Part shown: positions 35,561 to 48,449 of the stretch, piece by piece | How positions within the stretch are numbered: position 1 is the stretch's first letter | How the letters are laid out: every line of letters begins with the position of its first letter | Assembly: GCF_004010195.1 (NCBI RefSeq) | Contig: NC_057746.1 | Span: 24,535,241 to 24,599,240, forward strand | Source of the DNA: Chiloscyllium plagiosum | Taxonomy: Eukaryota | DNA length: 64,000 nucleotides | Direction: 5' to 3' | Translations under genes and position numbers: made by a program | Notes under the pieces: model-generated | Database searches by the model: none | What the model was told of the DNA's origin: nothing | The model's input: the letters and a program-made list of their open reading frames with translations, nothing else

Positions 35561-35924
35561 CTATGGATTGAAGAGAATTAGCAAAAAGACCATAGTGGAG
35601 ATTAAGAAAACTGTTTCATATCCAACAGATTGTTGTGATCTGGAACGTACTGCCTGAAAAGGGCAGTGCAAGTATATTCAGTAGTAACTTTCAAAAGTTA
35701 GATGTAGGACCACAGAACGAGGGATAAACCATTTAGTCACTTAAGCTATTCTGTCAATTAACCCTAACACCACTCTGTTTTTGAAAGTGAAATGTTTACA
35801 GGGCTAGGCAGGAAGAACTGGGAATTGGGAGTAATTGTATAGTTTTCTTTGTTCAAAGAACTGAAAAGGAATGATGAGTTGAATGGACTCCTGTAGGATT
35901 TCATGATTTCATGTGTATTTTGTA

Positions 35925-36272
35925 GAATCCCTGTAGTGCAGAAGCAGACCATTTGGTCCATCAAGTTCACACCGACCTCCTGAAGACCATCCCACCTGAA
36001 TTTGACTCCCTACCCTATCCCTGTAACCCTGCATTTCCAATGGCTAACCCATCTAGCCTGCACATCCCTGGACACTAGGGTCAATTAAGTATGGCCAATC
36101 CATTTAACCTGCACATCTTTGGACTGAGAGAGGAAACCAGAGCACCCAGAGGAAACCCATACAGACATGGGGAGAATGTGCAAACTCGTCACAGTCGGCT
36201 GAGGCTGGAATCGAACCTGGATCCCTGATGGTGTGAGGCAGCAGTGCTAACCACTGAGACACCGTGCCACCC
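35925..36272 (-). mobile_element. V-SINE (older subfamily)
   Basis: Reverse complement of the V domain and tRNA head (gcagtgctaaccactgag.caccgtgccaccc). Confidence 0.88.
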
Positions 36273-36290
36273 TGAGCCACCATGTCACCA

Positions 36291-36352
36291 TGTGTAGCAC
36301 ATTCTATATGTTCGGTGTCACTGTGTAGCATATTCTATATGTTCGGTGTCAC
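36291..36352. repeat. 31-bp tandem duplication
   Basis: tgtgtagcaYattctatatgttcggtgtcac x2, one mismatch. Confidence 0.9.
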
Positions 36353-37779
36353 TGACAATAGGTGATAAGTGTAAAAGACTTTGAATTGGCTTACTAGAAG
36401 TGGTTTCTGATTCTTCTGTTTAATGGCCGGCAGTAGAAACTAAAATTGCCAGAAGTGTGTAAAGGATGGCTAACTCAACATTGTCATTTTAGGTCAACAT
36501 TCAAAGTTAACTTTTCCATAATGTGCATACAACACGGCCACAATGCTGCTGTATTCTGTAATTTACTGTCAGGTGGAATTACTTGGAGATAAATGTGTAA
36601 CTCAGCTGCAATTTGCTCCTGTGCACTTTTTTATAAACACAGTGCACCCTTGCTAAGTTTACAACTGCTTTATACTGGAGAATTGTCCTTGTGCAACTAC
36701 TGTAAGATTTATACATCTGTGTAAACGATAATGGCATTGAATTCATGTTGTGAAACACAGTAATAGGAAAATAGTAAAAGTGATGTAATGAGAAATTTCG
36801 GGCGAATGCACTGATTATATTACACAAATGTAACATGCATACACATATATAATTTGCAACAATAGTGTGCTGCAGTGGTGAACCACTCTAGAACATGCTC
36901 TACAACACAGTGTGTGTGTAACAAGCCTGAATATGCTGTATTCAATAGCACGATATACTACAAGTGTCTAACACTCCTGTATATACTATAATGCAGGGAT
37001 CAATCCTGAATACATAACATTACAGAGTTACAGGGTGAGCACACTGTGTGGCAGGCAGTATGACACTTCTGAATGTACAATATAAGAATTTACCTTAGGG
37101 ATCTAACAATTCTGCATTTGTTACTGTCTATTATAGAACTCCTGTAGTATGACACACATACACCACGCATATTACAGGGACACACCAGCCCTACCTATAC
37201 TGTAGAACTCAGTTGGTTGCAGGAAGGTACACACCTTGAATATATCGTACAGCACACTAATTGTTGCCAAGGTATAGCATCATATAACAGTATATTATGT
37301 TATATATACAAATTATGTGTTACAGGCATATAACAGATTTGTCTATGTTATATAAGACTTTGTAATACCGACATTACACTTGTAACATTGCAGAATGGCA
37401 CAGATTTTCCATTCCCATGCTAATTGCCACTCTAGCCTTTTTTTGTAATGGAAGAAGGGAGCTCGATGTCTCTCAGAGAAGATTCTGGTCAGACCTCCCT
37501 GACAAATGCAGAGGCGTGCTCCCATTCTGACAGTTCTACTGAGGCATTGAGCCTCACAACCTCCTTTCCCACAGCCGTCAGCTGCCTTACCCTGGCTTTA
37601 AAGATACTGAAACTGCAGAGGGAGGGCCTATCCAGTCCACTCCGGGGCGGTGGGAGGGGGGTGGTGTTGGGGGATGGGATGGGAATAGTGACCGGGGAAT
37701 GTCAGGTCAGGTCAGGGGATCTGGATCCGGTAGTGAGGGGTGAGGGAGAGGGGTGGATTACAGTGCCTGAGTGTTTCAG

Positions 37780-37913
37780 TTAAAAATAAAATCACACAAC
37801 ACCAGGCTATAGTCCAACAGGTTTATTTGGAAATACAAGTGCCAGTGTGTTGTGTATTGTGTGGTTTTTAAGTTTGTCCACCACAGTCCAAGACCAGCAC
37901 CTCTGCATCATGG
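37780..37913. mobile_element. Truncated fold-back insertion (10410/41288 family) with TSD
   Basis: aaaatcacacaacaccaggctatagtccaacaggtttattt..tgtgtggtttttaagtttgtccacc.cagtccaa, with direct repeat gtgtttcag at 37771-37779 and 37914-37922. Confidence 0.75.
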
Positions 37914-38247
37914 GTGTTTCAGGAGTAGGGCAGGGAGGGTCGAGTGGCTGTGAGGATATTCTGGGGGAAATTCGATTCAGTGGCAGGGGCATAGGTATGG
38001 GGTCATGGTCAGTGTTAGATCTGGCGGAAGGGGTCTAGATTCAGTATATTCAGGGAGGGGGGGTTCAGGTCATGGGAGGGAGTGAAGGTGAAGGGGTGGG
38101 TCAGCTGTTGTGAGGGGTAGGGGTGGGGGTGGGGTCAGGTCATTGAGGAGTGTTGGGGAGGATGGGGATCAGGATTCGGTCTGGGATTGAACTGGGAGGG
38201 CGCTGTGTCCCTGATGTGTCAGGTCAGGGTGTGGGGAGTGTAAGTAT

Positions 38248-38553
38248 TAGATTAGATTACTTACAGTGTGGAAAGAGGCCCTTCAGCCCAACAAGTCCAC
38301 ACCGACCTGCCGAAGCACAACCCATCCATACCCCTACATTTACCCCTTACCTAACACTACAGGCAATTTAGCATGGCCAATTCAGCTGACCTGCACATCT
38401 TTGGACTGTGGGAGGAAACCGGAGCACCCGGAGGAAACCCACACAGACACGGGGAGAACGTGCAAACTCCACACAGTCAGTCGCCTGAGGCGGGACTTGA
38501 ACCCGGGTCTCTGGCGCTGTGAGGCAGCAGTGCTAACCACTGTGCCACCGTGC
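38248..38553 (-). mobile_element. V-SINE, near full length
   Basis: Reverse complement of the 12983/31932 copies. Confidence 0.93.
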
Positions 38554-38984
38554 TTGGGACTTGTGTAGTTGGGTGTGTGTGTGGGGCTAACTATGGGGTC
38601 AGTTTAATAGTTACTCAGGAGTTAGACTATGTATTTAATATCCTAACTTTTCTTGAGTAACTATTTTACTTAATTCCTTCAGAACCATGTGAAATCTCCA
38701 AATTTTAGGGAGACTTTCAGAGTGTTCCAGGTGTAAAGGAAATAGCCAGAGGAAAATTTAATTTCCAAGCCAATTCTTTTTGGAGTCTACTAGGAAGGGG
38801 ATTCCACATAGTTCCCATGCATTATTTCCTAATGCACACTGGATAATGATTGTTTGGCCAGTGGAAAATCTGTCCCGATCCTCTGATGTATCCAGGTTGA
38901 ATCACTCCTTAAACTCACACAGTCAGAAATTTCCCTTGAACTCATTCAATGAGAAACATACTCATTTGATAGTCAATGTGATAC

Positions 38985-39650
38985 CATCACTCAATTCCTT
39001 ACCATCACCATCCTGGGCGGGGGTTACCATTGACCAGAAACTCAATTGGATTTGCCACATAAACAGAGTGGCTATAAGAGCAGGTCAGAGGCTAGGAATA
39101 CTGTGATGAGTGACTCACCTCCTGACTCTCTTAAAGCCTGCCCACCATCTGCAGAGCGCGAGTTAGAACTGTGATGGAGTGCTCCCCACTTGGATGGGTG
39201 CAGCTCCAACAACACTCAATAAGCCTGAGACCATCCAGGACAAAGCAGCCCACCTGATTGGCACCACATCCGCAAACATCCACTGTCTCCACCACCGATG
39301 CTCAGGAACATCAGTCTGTACTATCTACAAAATACACTGCAGAATTTCAGGACTTTAGACAGCACCTTCCAAACACATGGCCACTACCATCTTAAGGCAG
39401 CAGGTAGGTGGAAATGCCATCACCTGCGAGGTTTCCTCCACTAACCATCCTAATTTGAAAATATATCGGCATTCCTTCACTGTCATTGGATCAAAATCCT
39501 GGAATTCCTTCCTTAATGAGTCTGTAGGTCTACCTACAGCGTGTGAGTTTTAGTGGTTAAGAAGTCACTGACCATCTCACAGGCAGCTAGGGATGGGCAG
39601 TAGATGCCAACCAGCGGCACCTATTTCCCATGAATGAATTTTATTAAAAA
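38985..39650 (+). mobile_element. LINE 3' fragment (family of 30480-32800)
   Basis: ggggttaccattgaccagaaactcaa.tgga (GVTIDQKLNW), RAGQRLGIL, and tail gggatgggcag..cccatgaatgaattt..aaaaa. Confidence 0.75.
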
Positions 39651-39974
39651 ATGCCTCCAGTGAGGAACACTTCCCGAATTCACTCAGAGATGATGCTTTG
39701 TCTAACTCAGCCAAATCATTCCTTTAACTCACCAGTAAGGAACTTTTCTTTATCTCACCCAGAGATAACCATTTCACAAACTTAGCTAGTGAGGCACACC
39801 CCTCTAACTCACCCAGCGAAACCATTCCACTAACTTTTCCAACATCAACCTGATCTCTAATTCTCCAAGTAAGGACCACTGCTCTAACTCACTGGGGTAT
39901 GGAACACTTTACAAACTCACCCAGACATCACTATTCCTATTAATCTCCCAGTGAGGATCACTGCTCTGTTATGA

Positions 39975-41682
39975 TTGAGGTTCATAAGGGGGAGGTGTTA
40001 GCAATTCTGGAAAGTGTGAGAATAGGTAAGTCCCCTGAGCTGGATGGGATTTAGCCTAGCATTCCTAGGGAGCTAGGGAGGAGATTGGAGAGCCTTTGGC
40101 TTTGATCTTTATGTCCTCATTGTTTATAGGAATAGTGCCAGAAGACTGGAGGATAGCAAATGTTGTCTCCTTGTTCAAGAAGGGGAGTAGAGACAACCCT
40201 GGAAATTATAGACCAGGGAGTCTTACTTCTGTTGTGGGTTTATAAGAGGAAGGATTTATAATCATCTAGAAAGGAATCATTTGATTAGGGATAGTTTGTG
40301 AAGGGTGGCTCGTGCCTCAAAAACCTTATTGAGTTCTTTGAGAAGGTGACCAATCAGGCGGATGAGGGTAAAACAGTTGATGTGGTGTATATGGATTTCA
40401 GTAAAGTGTTTGATAAGGTTCCCCATGGTAGTCTATTACAGAAAATACAGAGGCATGGGATCGAGGGTGATTTAGCAGTTTGAGTCGAAATTGCCTAGCT
40501 ATAAGAAAACAGAGGGTTGTGGTTGATGGGAAATGTTCATCCTGGAGTTCAGTTAGTAGTGGTGTATTGCAAGGATCTGTTTTAGGGCCACTGCTGTTTG
40601 TCATTTTTATAAATGACCTGAATGAGGGTGTAGAAGGATGGGTTAGTAAATTTGCGGATGACACTAAAGTAGGTGGAATTGTGGACAGTGCGGAAGCATG
40701 TTGCAGGTTACAAAGGGACATAGATAAGCTGCAGAGCTGGGCTGAGAGGTGGCAAATGGAGTTTAATGTGGAAAAGTGTGAGGTGATTCACTTTGGAATA
40801 AGTTACAGGAATATAGAGTACTAGGCTAATGATAAGATTCTTTGTAGTGTGGATGAGCAGACACATCTTGGTGTCCAGGTACATAGATCCCTGAAAGTCA
40901 CCACCCAAGGTTGATAGGGTTATTAAGAAGGTGTACAGTGTGTTAGCTTTTATTGGTATAGGGATTGAGTTTTGGAGTCACGAGGTCAAGTTGCAGCTGT
41001 ACAAAACTCTGATGCAGTCGCACTGGGAGTATTGCGTACAGTTCTGGTTGCCGCATTACAGGAAGCATGTGGAAGCATTGGAAAGGGTGCAGAAGAGATT
41101 TACCAGGATGTTACCTGGTATGGAGGGAAAGTCTAATGAGTAAAGGTTGAGGGACTTGAGGCTGTTTTCATTAGAGTGATGAAGGTTAAGAGGTGACTCA
41201 ATTGAGGCATACAAGATGATCAGAGGATTAGAAAGAATGGACAGTGAGAGCCTTTTTCCTCTGATGTTGATGACTAGCACAATAGGAAATGTTCACAATC
41301 ACCTGATGAAGGAGCGTCGCTCCAAAAGCTAGTGTGCTTCCAATTAAACCTGTTGGACTATAACCGGGTGTTGTGTGATTTTTAACTTTGTACACCCCAG
41401 TCCAACACTGGCATCTCCGAATCATGAGCACAATAGGACAGAGCTTTAAGTTGAGGGGTGAGAGATATAGGACAGATAACAGAGGTAGGTTCTTTACTCA
41501 GAGAGTAGGAAGAGCCTGCCTGCAACAGACTTGCCATCATTAAAGGCATTCAAATTGTCATTGGATAAACATATGGATTATATTGGAATAGTGTAGGTTA
41601 GATGGGCTTTAGATTGGTTTCACAGGTTGGTGCAACATCGAGGGCTGAAGGGCCTGTTCTGCACTGTAGTGTTCTATGTTCT
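39975..41682 (+). mobile_element. CR1 LINE 3' portion (same family as 22283-24465)
   Basis: PEDWRIANVVSLFKKGSRDNPGNYRP, VDVVYMDFSKVFDKVPH, GVLQGSVLGPLLFVIFINDL..KFADDTK, and tail gggctgaagggcctgttctgcactgtagtgttctatgttcta. Confidence 0.93.
41288..41426 (+). mobile_element. Penelope-type short insertion with minimal hammerhead core, inside CR1
   Basis: cac-CTGATGA-a-ggagc.gtc.gctcc-aAAA-gcta-gtg at 41300-41334, with a 12-bp direct repeat agcacaatagga at 41276-41287 and 41427-41438. Confidence 0.85.
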
Positions 41683-44600
41683 AACTCACTGGGTATGGAA
41701 CATTTCGCTAACTCACTCAGAGATCATCATTCCTAAAAGTTGCCCAATGAGAATCATTCAAACTCACACAGGGAGGGCTTATCCTCTAATTTGAACAGTG
41801 AGGACAATTCTTCAGCCCACCTAGTGAAGGCCATTCCACTAATTTATCCAGGGAAGACCATTCCTCTCACTCCCCCGGGTGACTATTCCTCTCACCCAGT
41901 GAGAAACATTACTGTAACTCACCCTGTGAGAAACATAACTATAACTCACCCAGTGAGGAATACTGCTGTACATCACACAGTGAGGAACATTACTGTAAAT
42001 CACTACATAAGGAACATTACGGTGACTCATCCAGTGAAAATCATAACTCTAACATACACGGTGACAATCGTTTGTCTGAATTTCCCAGTGAGGAATATTA
42101 CTGTAACTCACATGGTGAGAAACATATGTAACCCACCCTGTGAGAAACATTACTGTACATCACACAGTGAGGAACGTTACTATAAATCACCATGTGAGGA
42201 ACATCACTGTAATTTACCAAGCGAGCATTATTAATGTAAATCACTCTTACAGAGGAACATTAACTCACACAGTGAGGTACCTTACTGTAAACCATTACTA
42301 TAAATCACCATGTGAGGAACATTACTGTGATCCACCAAGTGAGAATCGTTACTGTAAATCACTCTTACAGAGGAACATTATTCTCACTCACCCAGTGAGG
42401 TACCTTACTGTAAATTATCCAGTGAGGAACGTCACTGTAACTCAGTGAGAATCATTACTGTAACCTGTGGAAATTGTTACTCTGACTCACCAAGTGTGAT
42501 TGTAACTCACTATGAAATATATTGTTGTTCTTCACCCAGTAAGGAACCATTATTGCAACTCACCCAGTGCAAATCATTACTATAACTCACCTAGTGAGAG
42601 TCATTATTATAATTCACATTGTGAAAATCGTTACTCTTGACTCACCCAGTGAAAAACATTACTGTAAGTTAAGAAATATTACAGTAACCTATGCAATGAA
42701 GAAAATTCCTCAAAATATTCACTGCTCAAAATGTTCTCAACAGTGTGTGATGAACATTAGTGTATCTCACGCAGCCTGGAACATTTCTAAGGGTCACCAA
42801 TGAGGACCATCTTTCTACTCTCATGTTTCATCTAAAGCACACACCTTAGGCTCCTGTAAGTCACCCACCAAGAAACATTCCTTTAGGTCACCATCTGAAG
42901 TCTACTCCTCTAACTCACTGACTGTGGAATGTTCATCCAGGGCATGCAGTCATGTCATTTTTGGAACTCACTCAGTGTAGAAGCTTACCCCAAGGCATTT
43001 AGTGAGAAATATTCCTCTCACTCATCCATTGAAAACCATTACTTTAACTCACCCAGTGAGGACCGTTGCGCTAATGCATCCATTGAAGAACATTCCTCTA
43101 ATTCACCCATTGATGAACATCTCTGTAACTTATCCAGTGAGGAATATTTCTCCAATTCACCCATGAGGAAATTTCTTCTAAGGACCCCACTGAGGAACAT
43201 TTATCCAACTCGCCCAGTGAGGAACATTTTCCTAACTCATGCAGTGAAGACCATTCTATCTATGTCCCCCATCAGAATCATTCCTCTAATCTTTCCAGTA
43301 AGAACTATTCAGTGAGAAAACCTTCATGAACTCTCCAATGAAGAACATTCCTCTACCTCACACCCTGAGAATCATTACTGTAACTCACACCCTGAGAATC
43401 ATTACTGTAACTCACACCCTGAGAATCATTACTGTAACTCAGTGAGAATCATTACTGTAACTCACACCCTGAGAATCATTACAGTAACTCACTCAGTGAG
43501 AATCATTACTGTAACTCACCCAGTCAGAATCATGAATGTAACTCACTCAGTGAGAACCATTGCTGTAATTCACCCAGTGAGGAACATTACTGTGACTCAC
43601 TCAGTACAAAACATTACTGTAACTCACACAGTGAAGAACATTACTGTAACTCACCAATGAGGATCATTATTGCACCTCATTCAGAATCATGAATGTAACT
43701 CACTCGGTGAGAACCATTGCTGTAATTCACCCAGTGAGGAACATTACTGCAACTCAATCAGTGCAAAACATTACTGTAACCCACATAGTGAGGAACATTA
43801 CTGTGACTCACTCAGTACAAAACATTACTGTAACTCACACAGTGAAGAACATTACTGTAACTCACCAATGAGGATCATTATTGCACCTCATCCAGTGAAC
43901 ATCATTACTCTAATTTACCCAGTGAGGAACATTACCGTAACTCAACCTGTGAGGAACATTACTGTAACTCATCCAGTGAGGAACATTATTGTATCTCACC
44001 TAGTGAACATCATTACTCTAATTCACCCAGTGAGGAAAATCACTGCAACTCAGTCTGTGAGGAACATTACTGTAACTCGCAGAGTGAGATATATAACTGT
44101 AACTCACCAAGAATAATTACTGTGACTCATCCAGTGGGAATCATTACTCTTACTCAACCAATGAGAATTATCACTGTAACTACCCAGTAGGAATTATTAT
44201 TGTAAATCACCCTGTGAACATTGCTGTAACTCACCCAGTGAGAAATGTCACTGTAACTCACTCAGTGAGAAGCATTACTCTGCATTATTCAGTGAGGAAC
44301 ATCACTATGAATCGCCCTCTGATGAAACATTACTGTACATCATTAGTGAGAAAAAAATACTGTAACTCACACTGTGAGGAATATTACTTTAACTTATCCA
44401 GACAGAATCATTACTGTAATTCACTTAGTGAGGAACATTACTGTAATGCACATAGTGCTAATCATTCCTATAACTCACATAATGAGGAAAATTCCTTAAA
44501 ATGCTAATATCTGTCCCCACACAGATGGATTCATTTGTCTAATGCAGATCATGAGCAATGATGATTCCTAAAACACACCCAGTCAGGACCATTTTCTCTC

Positions 44601-45229
44601 ATGATTCAGCTAAAGCATACTTTCCTGTAAATCACCCATTCCTTTCAGTCTTCACCTCAGGTTTATTCCTCTATCTTACTGACTGAGAAACATTCATCCA
44701 GTGCATGCAATTATGTCCATTTTTCTAACTCACTCAGTGTAGAAAGTCCCTTTGAGGCATTCAGTGAGAAATATTCCTATCACTCATCATTTGAAAACTG
44801 TTCCTCGAACTCACCTAGTGAGGATAATTCCTCCAATTCACGCATGAGGAAATTTATCCAACTCACCCAGTAAGCATCAGTCCTCGAACATGTCCAGTGA
44901 GAAGCACTGCTCTAATTCACCCAGTGAGTATCATTCCTCAGTTCATCCAGTAAGGAACATTCCTCAAACCTACCCAGTTAAGACCATACCATCAACTCAC
45001 CCAGTCAGGATCTTTCCTCTAATCTTCCCAGTGAGGAAGATTTAATTCACCAAGTGAGTAACATTCTTGAAATTCACCCAGTGAGTATAATTTCTCCAAC
45101 TCACCTGATGTGGACTTTTATTGAATTCAGTAAGTGAGAAACATTACTCTAACTCACCCAGAATGGTCTTCACTGAAGAAGTTGTAAAAAAAAAAATCCA
45201 GAAGAAGACATCCAAGTTGCTTGGGCTAA

Positions 45230-46715
45230 TGAAGGAAATTAGCATGAGTAAAAAAGGTTATACTGGAGAAATTAATGGGGCAGAAAGTTGTTATATCCCC
45301 AGGACCTGAAGATCTTCATCCTACAGCATTGAAGATGGTGGCTAGATGATGCACTGGTGATTATCGCCAAAATTCTATAGATTGTGAAATGATTCCTGTA
45401 GATTGGATTGTCACAAATATCAGCCCACTATTTAGGAAGCGAGCAAGAGAAAGATGGAGAATTACAGACCTATTAGCCTTACATCAATAGGAAAGATGAG
45501 ACAAATATACATTGAGCTGACAATGATCAGGTTGGTCATAGCATGGATTTGTGAGTCAGAAATCATATTTGATGAGATTCTTGGAGCTTTTTGAAGATGT
45601 TACTGACAAAATTGATAAAGGAGAACCAATGGAGGTAGTATACTTAGACTTTCAGAAGACTTTCAATTATGTCCCTTTTGGGTGACTGGTTGGTAAGGCA
45701 AGGCACAAGGGACTAATACAGATCAATGATTGGCTAACCGACAGAAAACAAAGCTTTGGAATAAATGGTTCATTCTTGCACAAGCAGGCTGTGACTAGCA
45801 GGGTACCTTGATGATCAGCATTTGGATTAGTGGTTTGGAGGTGGGGACCAAATGTAACATTTCTAAATTTGTGGATGGCACAAAGCTCAGTGGGAACGTG
45901 TGCTGTGAGGAAGATGCAAAGCAGGAAGATTTGGGCAGGCTTAGTGAATGGACAAGAACATGGCAGATGGAATATGATGTGGATAAAAATAAAGCTATCC
46001 AGTTTGTTGTGAGAAACAGATGCTTCTTAAATGGAAAGAGGTTGGAAAATGTCGACGTATAAAGTAACAAGGTGGCAGTTGCCAGGTTGCAGATTCAGTA
46101 AGCCACAGGAAGGCTAGTGGAATGTCAGCTTTTATTGCAAGATGATTTGAGTAGAGGAGTAGTAAAGTCCTGTTTTAATTGTGTAAGAACTTGCTTTGAC
46201 CACACCTGGAGGTAATGTGTGCAGTTTTCATTTCCTTATCTCAGGAAACATATTGTTGCCATAGAGGGAGTGCGATGAAGGTTCATCAGACTTAATCCAG
46301 GGATGGCAGGACTGTCCTGCAAAGAGAGAGATTGGACAAACTGGGCCTGTATTATTTAAAGTTTTGAAAAATGGAGATGTGATCTCAATGAAATTTATAA
46401 AATACTTAAACCGATAGACAGGGTAGAGGCAAGTGTTTCCACTGGCTGGGGACTCTAAAACATTGGGGTCACAATTTAAATATAAGAATAATTCTTAGAT
46501 CCAAGATGAGGAGAAATTATTTTACATAGAGGGTGCTCAGCCTTTGGAATTCTCTATCGCACAGGGCGATGGAAGCTCATTCCTGGAATATGCTTGAAGT
46601 GGAGATTGATATATACTGTATTCCAATGGCATAAAGAAGTGGGGACAGGGTGAGTTGAGTGGACAGAATATCTCAGTGGGTTGAATGAGGTACTCCTGTT
46701 CCTGGTTTCAATTTT
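45230..46715 (+). mobile_element. Older CR1 LINE fragment
   Basis: ENYRPISLTS near 45460, VVYLDFQK near 45635, CNISKFVDGTKL..LGRLSEWTRTWQMEY at 45850-45975, then a 3' UTR. Confidence 0.85.
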
Positions 46716-48449
46716 CCTATGTGCCTCTAACTCACCCAGTGAAGACTATTCCTTTACTCACCCAGTGAGGGCCATTTCTCAGCTTGCATAGTGAGGGCCA
46801 TTCCTCTAACTCGCCCAGTAATGAAGGAACATAGAACAAACTCACTCAGTAAACACCATTCCTCTAACTCACCCAGTAATGAAGATTCCTAACTCACCCA
46901 TTGTGAAACATTCCTCTAACTCACCCAGTGAGGAACATTCCTCTAACCTACCTGATAAGTATCCTGCTTTAAATCTTTTGGACCTCTTGCTCTAAATCGC
47001 TTAGTGAAGATCATTCCTCTAATAAACCGGCAAGAATGATTCCTCTAATCTACTGACTGAAGATCATCCCCAACTCACCCAGTAAAGACAATCCCCCTAG
47101 TTCACACAGTGAAGACCATTCCCTTAACTTACCACCGAGGGCCATTCTCCCTACTCACCCAATGAAAACCATTCCCCTAATTCATCCATTGAAGGCTACC
47201 TCTGTACTGCACCCATTGAAGACTACCTTCTAAGGTACACATTGAAGATCATCCCCTTAACTCATCCATTGAAGATCGTCACCCTACCTCACACATTGAA
47301 TATGATCCCTTTAACCTATCCAATGAAGACCATGCATCTAATGTACCCAATGAACATCATTACTGTAACTCACCCATTGACGATCCTTCAGATAGCTCAC
47401 TGGTAGGACATATGCTTTCTGAAACATCCATCAAACCCCTCTACGATCCTAATTCACCTACTGAAGCTTCTAGGTGTCAAGTCATAACTTTGGGGGAAAA
47501 AACCATAGGACCACTTTACATGGTTGCCCCTTTACGCCTCTCTGTGTGTTGTGTATCAAATTAATCCTCATTGCAGACCCACCTTTCCATGAGGATCGGT
47601 CTCACCGTTGGCCTCTACAGCCTCTGGAAAGCAGGTCACAATTAATGCATTTTGTATCACAGCCATTTGGATTGAATAGATTGTTCCAAATGGGGTCTGA
47701 CCAGTACATCATAACCTTGAGTATAACCTGTATTGACCATTAGTGTATTGTTCCAGCCAGACTCCAGACAGAATTGCACTTCATACACAGAATAGTAACG
47801 ATTCCTTCATTCCAACTTGACTTTTCAGGGTTCAGGCTCCACATGAACCTCCTCCCTCAGCACAATATTATTCCTCTACCTCTCATCACTTTAACTCGCT
47901 TCACCTTGGAGGCATCAAATGAAAGTTAGGTCACCACTCCCTCTGGTACTGAGTTCTATATTCTAACCATTCATTAAAGAAAGACATTGCTCCTGAAATC
48001 CCTATGGGATTTATTATCGTCACTGATGTGGATGTATTGGCTCATAGTTTTCCGCAAATAGAAATTATTTTCTCTGCATCGTCCCTGTCAGGCCACTGCT
48101 CAGCCTTCGCCTCTGTACTGGAGAGATCCCACTCTGTTCTGTCTTTCCTAACCCTAAAGTTATCAACTCTCTTCCTTTTATACCTTTCTCAGTGCTTCTA
48201 CATCCTTTTCACAGTGTGGAGACAGGACCATTCTTAAAGAAATGCATTGCTCTATTGTTCAGACGCTGAGTGGGATGAGTCACTAACTGCTGTCTGATGT
48301 TGGTCCTGCTGTTATTCAACTGCTTACTCCACCCTTTCCCAACCATCTGTCATGTATTTACCACTGTTAAGTCTGAATCCCCTGCAACTCCCTGCTGATC
48401 ACACAACTGATCTGTATCTTCCAGCTAATATTCAATTTTCTTCAGGCCC

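Larger units (their letters stand above)
39655..47470. repeat. 27-bp satellite/minisatellite array interrupted by two CR1 insertions
   Basis: Unit aactcacccagtgaggaacatt(actgt/cctct). Blocks at about 39655-39970, 41683-45180 and 46725-47470. It translates as a 9-aa repeat (THPVRNITV) with frequent stops. Confidence 0.93.

Noticed and set aside
41740-44507. Mucin-like ORFs with repeated N-I-T sequons (THPVRNITV)n
   Set aside because: By-product of a 27-bp unit (a multiple of 3). Frequent stops and frameshifts, with no signal peptide or exon structure.
39655-47470. CRISPR-like or RAG recombination-signal array (palindromic unit, occasional CACAGTG)
   Set aside because: Units are head-to-tail without unique spacers and the DNA is eukaryotic. 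The heptamers lack a 12/23-spaced ACAAAAACC nonamer and no V/J segments are present.
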